The notes below the pieces were generated by a model. That model worked only from the letters and a program-made list of their open reading frames with translations, had not been told where the DNA came from and did no database searches. Positions 1 to 13,190 of a stretch of DNA of 64,000 bases are shown piece by piece (the first letter of the stretch is position 1; each line of letters opens with the position of its first letter). The stretch is taken from positions 4,526,001 through 4,590,000 of the forward strand of contig JBLDXI010000001.1 in the NCBI GenBank assembly GCA_047495785.1, written 5' to 3'. The translations under genes were made by a program, and so were the position numbers. The stretch is from Lepidodermella squamata. Lineage: Eukaryota; Animalia; Gastrotricha.

Positions 1-3000
1 GGAAGAGCGTGGCGGTGAACAGCTCGGCTTGGACATTCGCCAGCGTGTAGTAGACGCGAGCTGCTTCGCCCCACTGCCCATCGAGCGCGTACAAATTCGC
101 AGCCAGCATCAGCACTTGAGCCTAAAAATAAATAAATAAATTTCATTATGGCTGATTTCGCGATTCTAGATTTTCTAAAATTAAAAAAAAATTAGAATAT
201 TTGTTGTCTATTAGGTAGAGACCGTCTTCAAAAGCCAGAATTTTTTAATTTTTTGATTTACTGAATTTTTGATTTTTATAATTTTCTAAAATGTTCACAT
301 TTTCTAAAATTTTTACATTTTTTTAAATTTCGAATAAAGCGATCAAATTTACCGGTGTCATGCCGCTTTTCGGCGGCTGCACAGACATCGAACTGAACAA
401 ACGCATCAACTGCTCGGCCGACTTGTCCAAATACTCGCCGGCCGATGAGCCGCTCAAGTTCGGCATAACAATCGACGCGAGTTGGGCATCGGCCAGACTT
501 GAATCCAGCGCATCCAGCCTCTCGTCTTCGGCAGATTGCAGGAATCTATCGACCAGTTCAGGATCGGCGACTAGCCGCTGGACCAAGTCTTCGATGAGGC
601 TGGTTCGGACGAACTCGGAATAAAACGGCAGTTCGCTCTTCTCGCCAACAGCGTCCAAGTATTGAACCTCATTGAATGTTCGCTGTTCGTAGTCTACCCA
701 GTTAACGACCTCCCACAGCAGTTCTTTCAGCAATTTTTGGAATAAATGGATCGTGGTTTGAATGCGTTTGAACTCCAGCTCTTCCTCCGAGCTTTCCTGA
801 GCCATTTGGAGGATGACGGCTCGAGAAACGAGCGGGCGGTGCGATTCTTCAAGCATTTGCGCCAGTGATCCGGGTAACGGGTTCAGTTTCAGGTCTTTTG
901 TCGCGAACCCTTCGCCAGCATCCAAATTGACCACATACAGCTCAGGAATCTAAGATGAAATAATTATATAAAATAGCAAGAATAATCTCAAGGCCAAATG
1001 TTATATAAAGTATCGTACTTCGCTTAAAAACTTCCAAGCAAAACTCATGTACTTAAACTTACATAGTTTAAGTAACTAATCGGTCACTCGCCGAAAGGCT
1101 ATTCACCGACGAGGTCTTGTACTTTATTGTAGGGACCTTGGGGTTGGTCGCGTTAAATATCGCAAGTGTTTTCTGGCAGATATTCTCATGCTGAAGCATC
1201 CCGATGTCAAAGACCTGAACTTCAGCGAAACTGGCGGAAGACGAGTCAAAATTACTACGCGAAATATCGTTATTCGGAAATACGATATGCGGAACAACTA
1301 CTTGCTGGCGCAACAGTTCTGACGAGTTCCATGATGAATCAAACTGGCTATCCGACTTCCTTTTTGCTCTTTCACTCGCTGATATGCAACGGCTAGATTT
1401 ATAAAAGCCGCGTTCCTCCCTGCTTACTCAATTTTAATGGTTGATTTGGATCAAAAGCAAATAATTTTGTATTATGCTTTCCCTTAACTCTGCTATCATC
1501 TTACACCTCGCCAAACTCTTTACAACTTTCTTGCAGCAAAAGATTCGCCCAGTTATAACAGATCTAACTGCGGAAAATATTAGATTTTTCGTATATTCGT
1601 ATATTTTTTGTGCAATCGTTGTTTTATTCGAGCTCTGCACGGAACGAGCAAAAATAGTCGCAGCCTCGTCGAAACTCGTTTTTTGGAACCCAGGTGCAGA
1701 GTTATTCCGGAATTTCTACTTTGAACCAGCTGGATAAATTAATTGGGTTCGGTAAGTCGATACTCGCGCAGTTCATCATAGGTAAACGGGAAAAGTTTAT
1801 TTGCAAGTTGGCATTGGCGGAATTCAAATGTAAATTTAGAATTTGTTGTTTGTTGTAAATTTGTTGTAGCTCGGTTTCTACTGACGAGTTGCATTATTGC
1901 AAGGCCACACTAAGCTTTTGCCGAAATGCTGCTGCCACCAATACAGATAGAGCCGCGCTTTCCCATTCGTCGAGTGAAGTCAATACGGCAGCCGACGACA
2001 GCCATTCTTCCAGCATCGGGGTTACATGCATGGCCTTCGAACATGAAGCGCTTATGGCTGTGAACACCACAGAGTACGACCCATACTGAATTGGGGGAAA
2101 ATCGATTTCGACTGAAACGCTTATAACCCGTCGGTATTCTTGTTAATTGTAGTGTTATATTGCTTTGTTCTATTATATTATATTACGACAAGGGTCACTT
2201 TGATGCTAACAAATCATTGCAAACAATTCGCTTATCCATAGACGGCACTCCCTTGCGTGGGGATGGGCAACCCACTTCGGACAGCGCGGAACGCAAGGTC
2301 GAGATGCGCATCGGCGCGTGTCAGGTTGCGGAGAGCCATGAGACGTTTCAAAAATATTTCAGCAACATCTTCACCGAGTTAGAAAATCTCGTGATCGATA
2401 AGCCATGAAACTGGTCGTAAGCTGCGACTGGTTCGCGATGAGCAAGGCAGATTTCCATCATAGGTATTTCAAGTTCCTTCACGTAATTAATACGATTGAA
2501 AAATGTAGGCAGATTTCGTCAGTATTCTCGCTTTTGTTACATGATTGTTCGATAGCCAGGCGGATATTCTCATCCGGATGCAAAAGACTGAATTTCGGCA
2601 AAATGTGGCTGAAGATCACTACGTGAACTATTTCGCTATTCGGAAATAAGATTGGCGGTACAACTGCTAGTTGGCGCAACTGCTCAGGCATAGTGAAACA
2701 GATTGGTGGCTATCCGACTTTCTTTTTTTGCTTTATCCCTCGCTGATATTCAATGGCTAGATTTACAAAAGCTGCTAAATACAACTTGCTCGTTCGTTGC
2801 TCGCTCGATTAGTTTCGATTAATAGCAGTTCATTTCTCATTACCGCCTACCGCGATATGCCCGTCTTTCGTCTTGGAACCTCGCCAGACGCGCAATGAAG
2901 TCTCAGCGACTACCCTCCTCGAAAAAGTAGCGTTACCTTCAAAGCACTCGACTCGAATGACTCAATCAAGCGCCGCGGCCGTGGGTCACGTGGTCGCGGT

Positions 3001-5375
3001 AAAGCATAAGTATTAAATTCAATAGTTTTAGGTGAAGTAAAGAATTGAATGATTTGGCACTGAACTCAGCAAGTTAGGTACGGTTTTAACTATTTTGCTT
3101 ACCGCTTTCACAGCGCTGGAATGCTTCGAATGGCAGCCGATGATGTAGACGCAGGGTGCCTCCAGAAATCCCAGCATGTTATCCGGCAGCATAGGTATCA
3201 CCGTGTGGCAAAACTGCAACGGGTACAGCAGCACCAGAAGAGAAGTTATGAATTGCGGAACAACAGACGGCGACGAGGACATGACGACAATACTGCGCTC
3301 GTTCAAAAAGGCGGAAATCAGGTCGCAGAGTGACTTCTTATCGAGAAAGTGTAACAAACACCAAACTGGAACTTCGGCATAGGATCGCGATAACGGAATC
3401 GGCGAGCTGACTGTGATCGATCGGCTGTACATCGGATATTTCTGAAATAAAAAAATAGAACGTAAATTTGTTGAACAAGAAATCATCAGTTTACAGCTTT
3501 CAGAATAATCGGAAAAAACTTATCGAGAAAAAATGTTACCGCCATATTCAGTTTCCCCTACGATAAGGTACGAAATGTTGATCAATCATGAAATCCTTGA
3601 AAGATTCGAAAAGTGGCTTTAAGCCTATTGAAAATTCAAAACTTCCGCTTAAAGTCCCCTTTAACTCAATTTATTACTTTATTACATTTTCAAAATTGCA
3701 TTTTTTTTATTTTAGAATTAAGATGCTTACCAAAGTCAAATTGACGGGTGGCAATGGGCACCGAGTCGCATAAATTGCCAACTGCAAAACATCTTCTCGC
3801 CAAGACGCGGCTATATTTTTGTCAGCAATGTGTTTCACGAAACTAAATCCCAGAAAAAATACAATTCAGTTAGAAAAATAACGAAATAAAGACACGAACC
3901 TTCTAAGCATTTTCTGCTGCGATCGGAAGGCAATGCAGCCACTGAGCAGTACGACAACAAAATTGCAAAACACCGACTCGCCACTAGCATTCTCGCGCCA
4001 CCCAGAAACCGCAGCATAGCTCGCAAAAAGTCGATTGCCAGCAATATCAGTCGAAATGTGATGGCCAAACCGCGGCTTGTTCAACGCATCCATCGACACG
4101 ATTGTGTAGTCGGGCAAGCAGAATTGGGGCAGCGAGTTCACCGTGTCCCATTGCTGTGGCGTTAGAGCGGCCACTTTCTCGCCGCCTTCGCTGCCTCGAG
4201 TCGCCATGAACAGAGACGACCGTCTACCCTTATTGTGACCAGCCGCCGCAGTTTGAGCTTTGTTGTACAATTTCGTTTGCCTGCTGCTAGGCACAGGCTT
4301 TTCCGAGCCGTCTTCCTGGATTGCATTCAGGGCTGTGCTAGCTGGTCGCGCTGAAAATGACTGATCGACTTCGACCTCAGAGTCCCAGTTCAAAAAAGCG
4401 GCTTTTGCTGTGTAGACAGCTAAGACTTGAGGCGTGTCTTTAACATCGGGTGCCGATTCGTCCTGAAGTATTAGAGCACAAACAATAAGTAATTTTCAGT
4501 CGAAATTTCAAGCAGCTAGAATTAGAAGTTAGGCGCGACTATTTGTACATATTTTGCAAAATTTCTTCTGAAAAAAAACTGAAAGGCACCTATAGCCTTA
4601 GCCCTGACAGTTGAAAAATATACTTGGGGCAAAAAAAATTAAAAAATTATGTACAAGCACTAGCTTTGCGGTAGTATTCTGCCAATTTGGACAAATTCAA
4701 AAAATTGATGAATTGGCTGTAACAGTCCGTCGATCCTGATTTTGACCCTAGGCTTGATCTTGTTAACCATTCATTTTATTTTTAAGGGTCGGCATTCTCC
4801 GACATTCGGCAGGCTTAATGAGCATGTAAAATGGTTGATAGATAGCGAAACGAGCAATCGAACCAATCGTCCAATCGTCTCAATGAGCTGTTATTTGCAA
4901 ATCAATTCGGAATTCGCTCGAACTTCGGAATTTACATAATTTAGAAATCACATCATTCAAGGTTACATAGATAATCCCCTTATAAATCCAGCTTAAAGCT
5001 TCAAGCAGATTAGGACATTTTTTGCAGTTTTTTCATAGATCTCGAACATTTAATATTAAAAATTTTCAAGATTTTTCGCAATTTTTTGTTTAATCATAAA
5101 ATGAGAAATTCAAACAAATTTGAAATATGTTTGGTGTTTGGTGGAAGCTAGACTTCTTTCTGCTAGAAATTCTACCCATTAGACCTCCAACAAACATCAA
5201 TAGGAAAAAGCGACATGATAAAAACTAGAAAATTTAAGCAAAAATTCAGCAAGCTTTACATTTTCTCAGCTGGGCAGCAAGCTTTGAAATATTCTATTTC
5301 AACCTGTTGATTTCGAAATTTCGACGGTGCCAACAGCACAACAACATCACCAACGGCCTGCGGCAGCGATATCAT
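1..5375 (-). CDS. DENN domain protein (DENND3-like Rab GEF), 3' end runs off the window. Exons 5375-5304, 4462-3900, 3842-3731, 3441-3103, 949-353, 121-<1
   Basis: Phase-compatible GT-AG exons. uDENN-like MISLPQAVGDVVVLLAP, PQVLAVYT and LPQFCLPD; cDENN-like AFLNERSIVVMSS..LLYPLQFCHTVIPMLPDNMLGFLEAPCVYIIG. The DENND3 subfamily call is from remembered N-terminal similarity. Confidence 0.85.
1170..1410 (+). mobile_element. Decayed Helitron Rep (Helitron_like_N) fragment, copy 1, in DENN intron
   Basis: Across frameshifts it reads LLREISLFGNTICGTTTCWRNS / MMNQTGYPTSF / FALSLADMQRLDL, resembling Helitron GT..YW...M..Q.G.PTFF.TLS.AD.QW.DL. Confidence 0.65.
2080..2780 (+). mobile_element. Decayed Helitron Rep fragment, copy 2 (diverged paralog of 1170-1410)
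   Basis: Reads PILNWGKID, LYYDKGHF, ISLFGNKIGGTTASWRNC-GIVKQIGGYPTFFF / ALSLADIQWLDLQKLL. Shares DNA with copy 1 (ggctatccgactt, tcgctgatat, ggctagattta). Confidence 0.7.
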
Positions 5376-5462
5376 GTTTCTTCCTCAATATAAAACCCTA
5401 AAAATTATTGTAGAAGTGAGCGTATATGATTTTGTATATAAATTTTCGATATTTTTCCGTGG

Positions 5463-5873
5463 CTAAAACCGCCGGCCCTGGAATTTTTTCACGCGAGCCG
5501 CTTTCACAACGCGGCGCCAATATTGCCACGAATCTTTGTCGAGTTCGTCGATAGCCAGCGGTTTCCGATCGGTCCGCAATTCGAACAGCCACGATGGGTA
5601 GTCGGAGTCTTTTCCCAGTTTTGGATCCTCGCCCTCCTTAAAATAATTCACGCCACAGCAGTGCGACACCAATTTCGCCGCATCTTTCTCGACAACAACT
5701 TCACGCTTCATTGAACCTTGCGGCGACAATTTTCCTGTTCACAGATTTTTCGAAATTTTTCAAGAAATTTAGTCGGAAAAGTTATCCTCACCAAGGCCCT
5801 TCCCTTCACCCAGTTTTTTCACTGCAGCCAAGCCGCGCGAAAATTGCGCGAAAAGTTGCACAGGAGGTCTCAT
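5463..5873 (-). CDS. MRPL54: Mitochondrial ribosomal protein L54 (mL54). Exons 5873-5792 and 5734-5463, 57-bp intron
   Basis: Signature CCGVNYFKEGEDPKLGKDSDYPSWLFEL...YWRR. N-terminus MRPPVQLFAQFSRGLAAVKK resembles a transit peptide. The start could be 5905 if one base is missing at 5876-5878. Confidence 0.9.
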
Positions 5874-6745
5874 GCTTTCGACAACAACAGGCAATTGTAC
5901 CACATTTTTTACAACATCATCATCTATGGATTACCTTTTCTTCAGGAAAACCAAACCAACACTCGAGTAAGCAAAAAATTGTTTAACCTAGAAAAATGAC
6001 AAGATTATTGTTTCACTTTAACGCTTTATTCGAATTTCATAACTCCTAACCGCAAACATTTTTTTCAATATTTTCGCATCATTTTCTTCTCACCTGGCAA
6101 CGTAGTAGAAAATTTATAGCTATATCTTATTTTTAGGTTATAAACACACGCATAAATACACGCATAGAAGAAATTTTGTCGAGAAACAAAATGATGAGAT
6201 ATTTTTTTGAAGATTTATTGTCGATGCAATAATAATTTTTTTCAACTTATTTCGAGGTGCGGCAAGAGGGCTAATATAGTGATAGCTATTATTATATTCT
6301 CAAGTGAACCAACAACAAACAAGCAAAACCCGCGCGCAGTAACCGGAGAAATATGCGAAGAAAACAGAAATTTTTAGGCAATTTTTTATTACTAATAATG
6401 TTAAGACAGATGGGCAACAACAAAACTTTCCCTCAGGAATTAATATTGCTATTTTTCAATCAAATAATAGGCCACACCGGGCTTTGACAAAAAAATTAGC
6501 GAAAAAATTTGGATCAAGGAATTGTTTTTTTATCATCATCTACTAGAGGATTGGTGGAGCGCAGTGAGCATTGCAAAATAAATTAAATCGAGTGAAATTT
6601 GTTTATAGAAGAGCTACAGAATTAATACAGATATAGTAGTCAAGGTAGTATCCGCCTACTCGTAGTCAATACTTCCGTGAAAGAGCAAATTATATGAAGT
6701 GAACAGAATTTAAAGTGACTTTTAAGGTGATGATTTTGTTTATTC

Positions 6746-9700
6746 TCAAGCGCTAGGAATCTTGATTTTGTACAATTTCAGCTTGAATCCGAGGAGTTCA
6801 GTGGCGACGGCTGAGAAAGCCGAGAGGAGAACGACCTTTGAGATGTTGTACAAAATCGGATTGGCGGCCAGGCCCGAGATCTTGAACGGCGACTCGAGTT
6901 CCTTGATGAGCTCTTCGGCTAATTTGAGCGCCGAATTCGCGTTCAACAGCGACTCCTTCTTCTCCGGTTTTTCTTCCATTTGCACGTACAAGTTGATTTG
7001 CTCGGTGATTAGAATCGACAGGGAGCGGTACTTTCGGTTGATTTTCGTGCCCAGCGTCATGAATCGCAGGAGGAAAATGGCGAGGACGAACAGCCAAAAT
7101 GCGAGTTCCCAGTGAATCGAATCGGCCATGAACGTCGAACTGTCCCGCAAAATCTAAAATATTCAGAACAAATTAAATACATTTTCAACAAATTTCAAAC
7201 TGAATTAAAATTGTTGAATTAAAAAAAATGTTGGTGAAATTTTACGGCTGGTTTTCAGACACATGAAATCGATGAAAAAGCGCTCATCGACACGGTTTAA
7301 TAAATCGTATGCCTTCAACGTCACTGCTCATAAAGCTACGAGAGCTAGCCATTGTGAAATGGCATTCGAGCGATGGCTCATTCGGGGCTTTTTGTAAGGG
7401 AGTGACATATGTGAAAATCTTCATTGCTCTAATCTGGACACAGGTCCCTGGTACCAACTCACGATAATAAAATAGTCACTTAATTCATTCAACGTCATTA
7501 GTTAACTTATACTTTGTTCGACAGAATTAGAAGCAGATAATTTCAATTTTAAATAAATTTCCCCGTGGTGATCCCGAACTGACTACTAACACACTGAATT
7601 AAAATCTCACGGTGATGGTATTTATTCCCATTAACGAAGAATTTTAGGTGGCGACTACTTCTTTAAAATAATTTTAAAATAATTTTAAATTCTTCAAAAT
7701 TAAAATTTGAGCGTTCTCTGATGAGTGCCTCGACCTAGACGAAACGTACAAGTCTCTAGCCATCCCGTTCCTAGCATTTAAGTGGAAAATTCAAATCTAT
7801 CGCCAACAGTTCGTAAAATAATCGATTATTCGGTAAAACAACGTGCTTATTCCTTTCTTGATTTTTTAAATTTCTTGGATCTTGAATTTAATTAGGAATA
7901 AGCAGCTTACGAGAAAAGTGAGTAGAGATAGCAGCATGACAGAGAGTATGAACGAAAACGACACGATCATATCGACGGGTCGCTGCGGCCCCAGTCGCTT
8001 GATGTAGGCGCGCAACGTCAGCCACGTCTTGATATTGCGCACTTTGTTGAGGCGAAAGTGCGGCAGGTCGCAGCGACGCGCCCGATGCGCCGATGTCAGG
8101 TACGAAAAGTGCTTCGCGTACGACACGCGTTGTTTGAACGTGTTTTCGGCGACGCAGAGCAGGAAAAAGAAGACCAAGCTGAGCCAGAAGCGTTGCCAGA
8201 TGCCGTTGAGGATGAGGAACGCCTCCCATCGCTGCGATGAGAACAGCGCTGTGCCGACTGCGGTGATGTTGACCGCGGAGATGGACGTCGCCAGGGCGCG
8301 GATTGGCTCGGGCTCGGCGAGGCACGCGATGACGACGGGTTGGCACATTTGGTAGATGCGGAGCAGAAGTGGCACGATGGCGACTACGACGGCGAAGCAG
8401 GCCGAGGCGTAGGCGTACTCGGAGCCGGGCGGCACGGAACGTTGAACGCGGTCGATGAGAATGCGGCCGAGATCATTGAGCGCCATTTCGACCTTCTTGC
8501 AGCCTTCGGCGTCCCAGAACAAGCAACTTACTGAAATGATAGAAAATATTTCCTATTTATAAATATGAATCAGGAAAAAGTATACTAATTGCAATGGAAA
8601 TTTTGCAATATTTCTTCGCAATTTGCAATTTCGATAACTTGTCACGAATTTCCTCAAGTGATCCGATTATATTGAGACCTAAAATAATGCTTACTTTTAT
8701 TTGAAGATTGAGATGAATTGAGACTGCCATAACCCGAATAGTCATTCGGATTCTGAAACGGCACAGAATCGGTTGAGGTCGACGGATTGAGACCAAAGGT
8801 AGCCGCTGTAACACCGGGCGCTAGATTAGCACTCTGTTCCTGCGTCGGATTTGCTATCGAAATAGTACTCTGACTAGGCAGGGCACCGTTGGTAACAACA
8901 ACAGGCGCGGGAGGCTCGACAACGGCTTCCGAAGCTCGAGCTGCGGCGGCGCCTTGTTCGGTTTCTGAGACCTCGCTTTCCGAAGACGACATCGAATCAC
9001 TCGGGTATTCGGTATGCATGTCCCATTCTGTGTCATCCGTAGTCGTGCCAGTCTGTTATTTGCAAAAAATCAAGAAAAAAACAACTTTAGTAACAATTTA
9101 TAAATATTCAACATATTTAAATATGAAACCAAGAAACCAAATTTAACACGGTAAAATCGAATTTTTTGAACTTTTATCAAAATAGTTAACGACTTTTTTG
9201 TTACTTCACATTCCAGCTTTTGTTACAAGATCATCGCCAAGCCAGTTGAAATAGCCGCAAAATTAACTTTACCATGTTACCATTTCAATTTAGGCCGGCA
9301 GCCAGTTAGCGAATGCAATGAAAGCCACGCCATTTCTTTCTACCACACATCACCAAAATATGCATAAAAAATGAGTTACCCATATCCTGAGAAAAATCGA
9401 TCGGCCGACCGGAAAGCCAAAGACGAACAGTACGAATAATAGGGCCCTTGCATATTTTTTCGACTTCTACATTACTCCATATATGTGTGTGTATACGCCA
9501 TTATTAACCCTTTAAAACTGCGCATGAAAAAACGATTCGCACTGAGAAGACGTTCTCAATAGAATACTTGATATAAGCAAAATCGTAGTAAGAAAAGCTC
9601 GACAAGCGCGATAGAAATTGAAGCGAATCATTAGTTGAAGAAAAAACCGAGCCAGGCAAGCGTCGTATATAAAAAATTTCCAATTAAAAAAATTTCAAGC

Positions 9701-12700
9701 CGAACATTGATGAATCAATTTTTTCGATTGATTGATTGATTGATATCGGTGAAAAAGTTATACAATGTTACGATGATTATTGATACAAGCAACCTTTAGT
9801 AAGTCATCGCGTGATGGCTGCAAAAAAACCCGTTTTAGCAACAGCTGCTGCGGCTTAGCAACCTTGGAAAGGGGATAGAAAATTAACACAAAATACAAGC
9901 CCACACGAAACAGAAATAATTAGTACGAAATTAGAAAAAGAAAAATTAGAAATAAATACTGAAAATAAATTTACCCCACGACGGCGAGACGAACCCGGCC
10001 CGCCACTCGGCCGCTTTTGCAGCACCGGAACGTGATGCAGTAGATTATTTTGACCGGAATCGATGCTGGACGTCGGACTGACTGATCTCGCGATTGAACC
10101 CGGCTCATTCGAGGCGGAGAATGACGATTTTCTCGCCGAAGTTCGGTTGCGCAGAATCGGTTTGAAGACAAACTGAGCCGGGGCTGTGATTGGTAAATCC
10201 GCCGGGACGACAACCGGCGTCAATTGCGGCTCAGTTGTCGCTCGAACAACAATCGGCTCATTGCTATCAACCGATTTTTCGATCGAAGATTTACCGGAAA
10301 ATTTGCGCCGACGCAGATTCCCGCTGCCTGGTACGAGACTGGGCGCGGAATTCGAGTTAGTCTGGCCGGTCCCGTTCGATAACGAAGCGGTCCGCCGCCA
10401 CTCAGAAACGCGGTCTATCGCAGTTTCGTGCTGAGAATTTGAATTATTCTGCTCGCCGCTTGACGACGTCGACGAGGGTTGGCGGGATATCAAGCAAATC
10501 GGGGCTTTAACCTCGGCCTGGATTTTCCCCGAAGTCTCCGAAAACGCCGAGTCCTCCGCCTGGGACGACCGTCTTTTCGACGGGTTCGACTGGGTCGAAG
10601 AATTTGATGATACAACAAATTGCTCCGGGGTCAGTAGCGACCCGGTAACTACGGTAACCGGTTCAATGTGGCCGTTGCAGTCGCCCGAATACCCGGTAGC
10701 TGGTTCCGGGTCGTCCGCGGCCGGTTTGTACCCGAAAACGGGTTTCGGTTCCGAGCAGTTCTCGTCCGAATTGTCGTCGCCGGATTCATTGTCGGACTCG
10801 CCGCGCGAATCGCCGCCGGTGACACTGCCCCGGCGGCTGTTGTTCGCGTTCTCGTCCTGTTTGTCATTATCAGATTCGCTTTCCTCTGGCACTACCGCAG
10901 CCGCTTTTTCTACAGCAGCCGCGAGTAGCTTTGGTTTCAGCTTTTCTTCGTGCCCGAAATTAAATTCGACCCGATTCGGAGATCCGGTCGGAGGGACATT
11001 ATGCGGTTTTTCAGGCGGTGGTGGAGTAGCCTAAACAAAAATTAAATAAATTTCATTTCTCAAATTTCAATTTAATAAAAAATATCTGTCATTAAATTCT
11101 CAGAAATTTTATTCGGCAAGCCTTGAAAAAATTCAGCTAATTTTACGTTTCCTATGGAGACTTTTTTCGCTCATTTCATTTCTTTAGGGTGGATGAATAA
11201 TGCTGATGTGATGTGCAAGAGTATTCGCAGTTCAAAACCATTACAAAGCCATTTGTTGGTTTTTTATTCTTTTTTCTTGCCAAGAACGGCAATGTACATA
11301 TTCGATTCGCATTTATTTACAATCACGCATAGCGATAATGATTGTGCCGTGAAGAAAACGCCAATAGTTTGTAAGAGGATACCACTTCGGCTGTAATTTT
11401 CTATACACTTCACGTGAAAATTTGCGAGAAATTGCGTGAGCCAAAATATAAAAAGTGGTGGAGTCAAATCATCTTTCAAATCTAATCAATACAGGCGATT
11501 TGCTTAGGAGTCGATGAAATGACCAAAAATCGCTTTAAAAAATTAAAAACTCCCATGAAATAATTTTAGGTATAAAATTCAACTAACATATTAATAATCT
11601 GCATAATAAATTTGGAAGCAGGATAATTTCAGGCTGAATTTTACCCAAATCTACTTGTAATAGAAATACTGAATTTACCTGTTTTTCGTGTTGCTGGGCC
11701 AACTGGACGTCGTCATCGTGCCAAACCGTGTTCGGCAAATGCGGCCGCCTTGCTGCCGTCCCGGCACTCGACTGGTTGTGCGCCCGTTGCGCATTTTCAG
11801 TACCCGAAATGTGATTCTGCAGCACACCCAGTACCAGCATGAGTATCACCGGGAACAGCGCTTCACTTGGCGACAACTGTTCGACCAAGTTTGAGTAGTG
11901 CAGGAAAGAGCACGTCGACACGAGTTGAGTCATGTAGAGGATGAGCAGCCACCAGGAGAGCCCGGCGACCTGAGCCCGCCACCACGACATGTAGAGCGGG
12001 AAGAACAGCGTGCGGACGAAGCCTTTCCATGTCAGGGCGTACCACGAGTGTTGCGAGCCGGACGACCCGGAGTGCGAGCCGGAGTGGAAAGTTGCTCGAA
12101 CGTCATCGACATCGACCAAATTCACGAGAGTTCCGACTTTTTTCGACGGCAGGCGGCGAATTCGGCGGAAATTCTGCATCAAAACATTGGGATGTTTCAA
12201 TTGTTCGATTTCGATAATTATTGGTTATTAGAGTCACGGCAAAACTCAATTTGATAGTCTCGAGAAAAAGTGACCACTACGAATTTATGAAATTTACAGC
12301 ATTAGTCCGAATGTTTTCTATTATATGATCGATAAAACCATCGTCCTCAACTGTACTCAAGCAATAATGATATCATTCAAGCATCTATAGCAGCTGAAAA
12401 ATTCGAAGTTTCAGAATTGTGCGGGGAGAAACAGCTGCTCAATTTTTAACGGCGTTCACGCTGTTGTGCTAAGTGAGAATTTTAAAATTGATGATGTGAA
12501 ATAACAATAATTATTAGCTTCAAATAATGTTGAAGCACGTGAACTTACCAATAATTCACCTCCAATTATCATAAGAAAAACAGCTTAGAAGTAGCCAATC
12601 TCAACAGTAAGCTATGTAACGGCTTATTTCAACCTCAAATGACTGGACAGAGACATCTTCCAGGTCTAAATACACATTGCGCATCATTTTTACAAAAACT

Positions 12701-13190
12701 TAATGTGTCTCAGTCAGCAAAACGTTTAATGATGTCACCTCGTGATGAAAACTAGAATGCGATTCAACTTCTAGAAAACAGCAGTATGATTACAATCAGT
12801 CACTTTTTCTCGTTTAATTCTTAAAGTTAGTAATTAACATCACGCGTATGAACATTTAATATTATTGATTTGTTTTAAATTGGTGGATATGTGGTCTCGT
12901 CAAATCGTGCATCGAATCAAATTGTCAACCTATATTTTACCTGATCGATTGATTTCTGACCGCTCTATCGACCCCATATTCATAGCATGAAATAAGAAAG
13001 CAAGATATTGGTAAAATTTTTATTACCTTTAGCTGCCGCTCCTCGATCATGCATTCCCATTGCTCGCGATCATAAAGGCCAATCTGGCAAGAAAACCACA
13101 TAATTAATCATTTACCAGACGGGAAAAAAGGCAATAACTCACCTGCTTCTGATAGCCAGAAATGGCCTTGTCAAATATTCTAAACGGCAT
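6746..13190 (-). CDS. PHTF: PHTF family membrane protein. Exons 13190-13143, 13083-13027, 12173-11679, 11030-9975, (possible 9862-9830), 9052-8695, 8530-7911, 7153-6746
   Basis: N-terminal YQKQIGLYDREQWE and LVDVDDVR; C-terminal FSYLTSAHRARRCDLPHFRLNKVRNIKTWLTLRAYIKRLGPQRPVD and LITEQINLY...LLGFKLKLYKIK are typical of PHTF1/2. All junctions are GT-AG and phase-consistent. Confidence 0.92.

Noticed and set aside
4660-4770. Minus-strand MVNKIK..FFEFVQIG as DENN exon 1
   Set aside because: No good phase-0 donor; 5304-5375 fits both phase and family pattern better.
5398-5791. MRPL54 exon 1 spliced to DENN giving a mitochondria-targeted fusion
   Set aside because: The join is out of frame and terminates at the TGA overlapping the DENN ATG.
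5988-6030. AATAAA followed closely by an acceptor as proof of an operon junction (also 13332-13277)
   Set aside because: Both acceptors have good cis donors 74-106 nt upstream, so the AATAAA may simply be intronic.
9380-9386. 7-nt microexon flanked by tctcAG and GTaact in PHTF
   Set aside because: It would shift the frame and no compensating exon was found; no supporting evidence.
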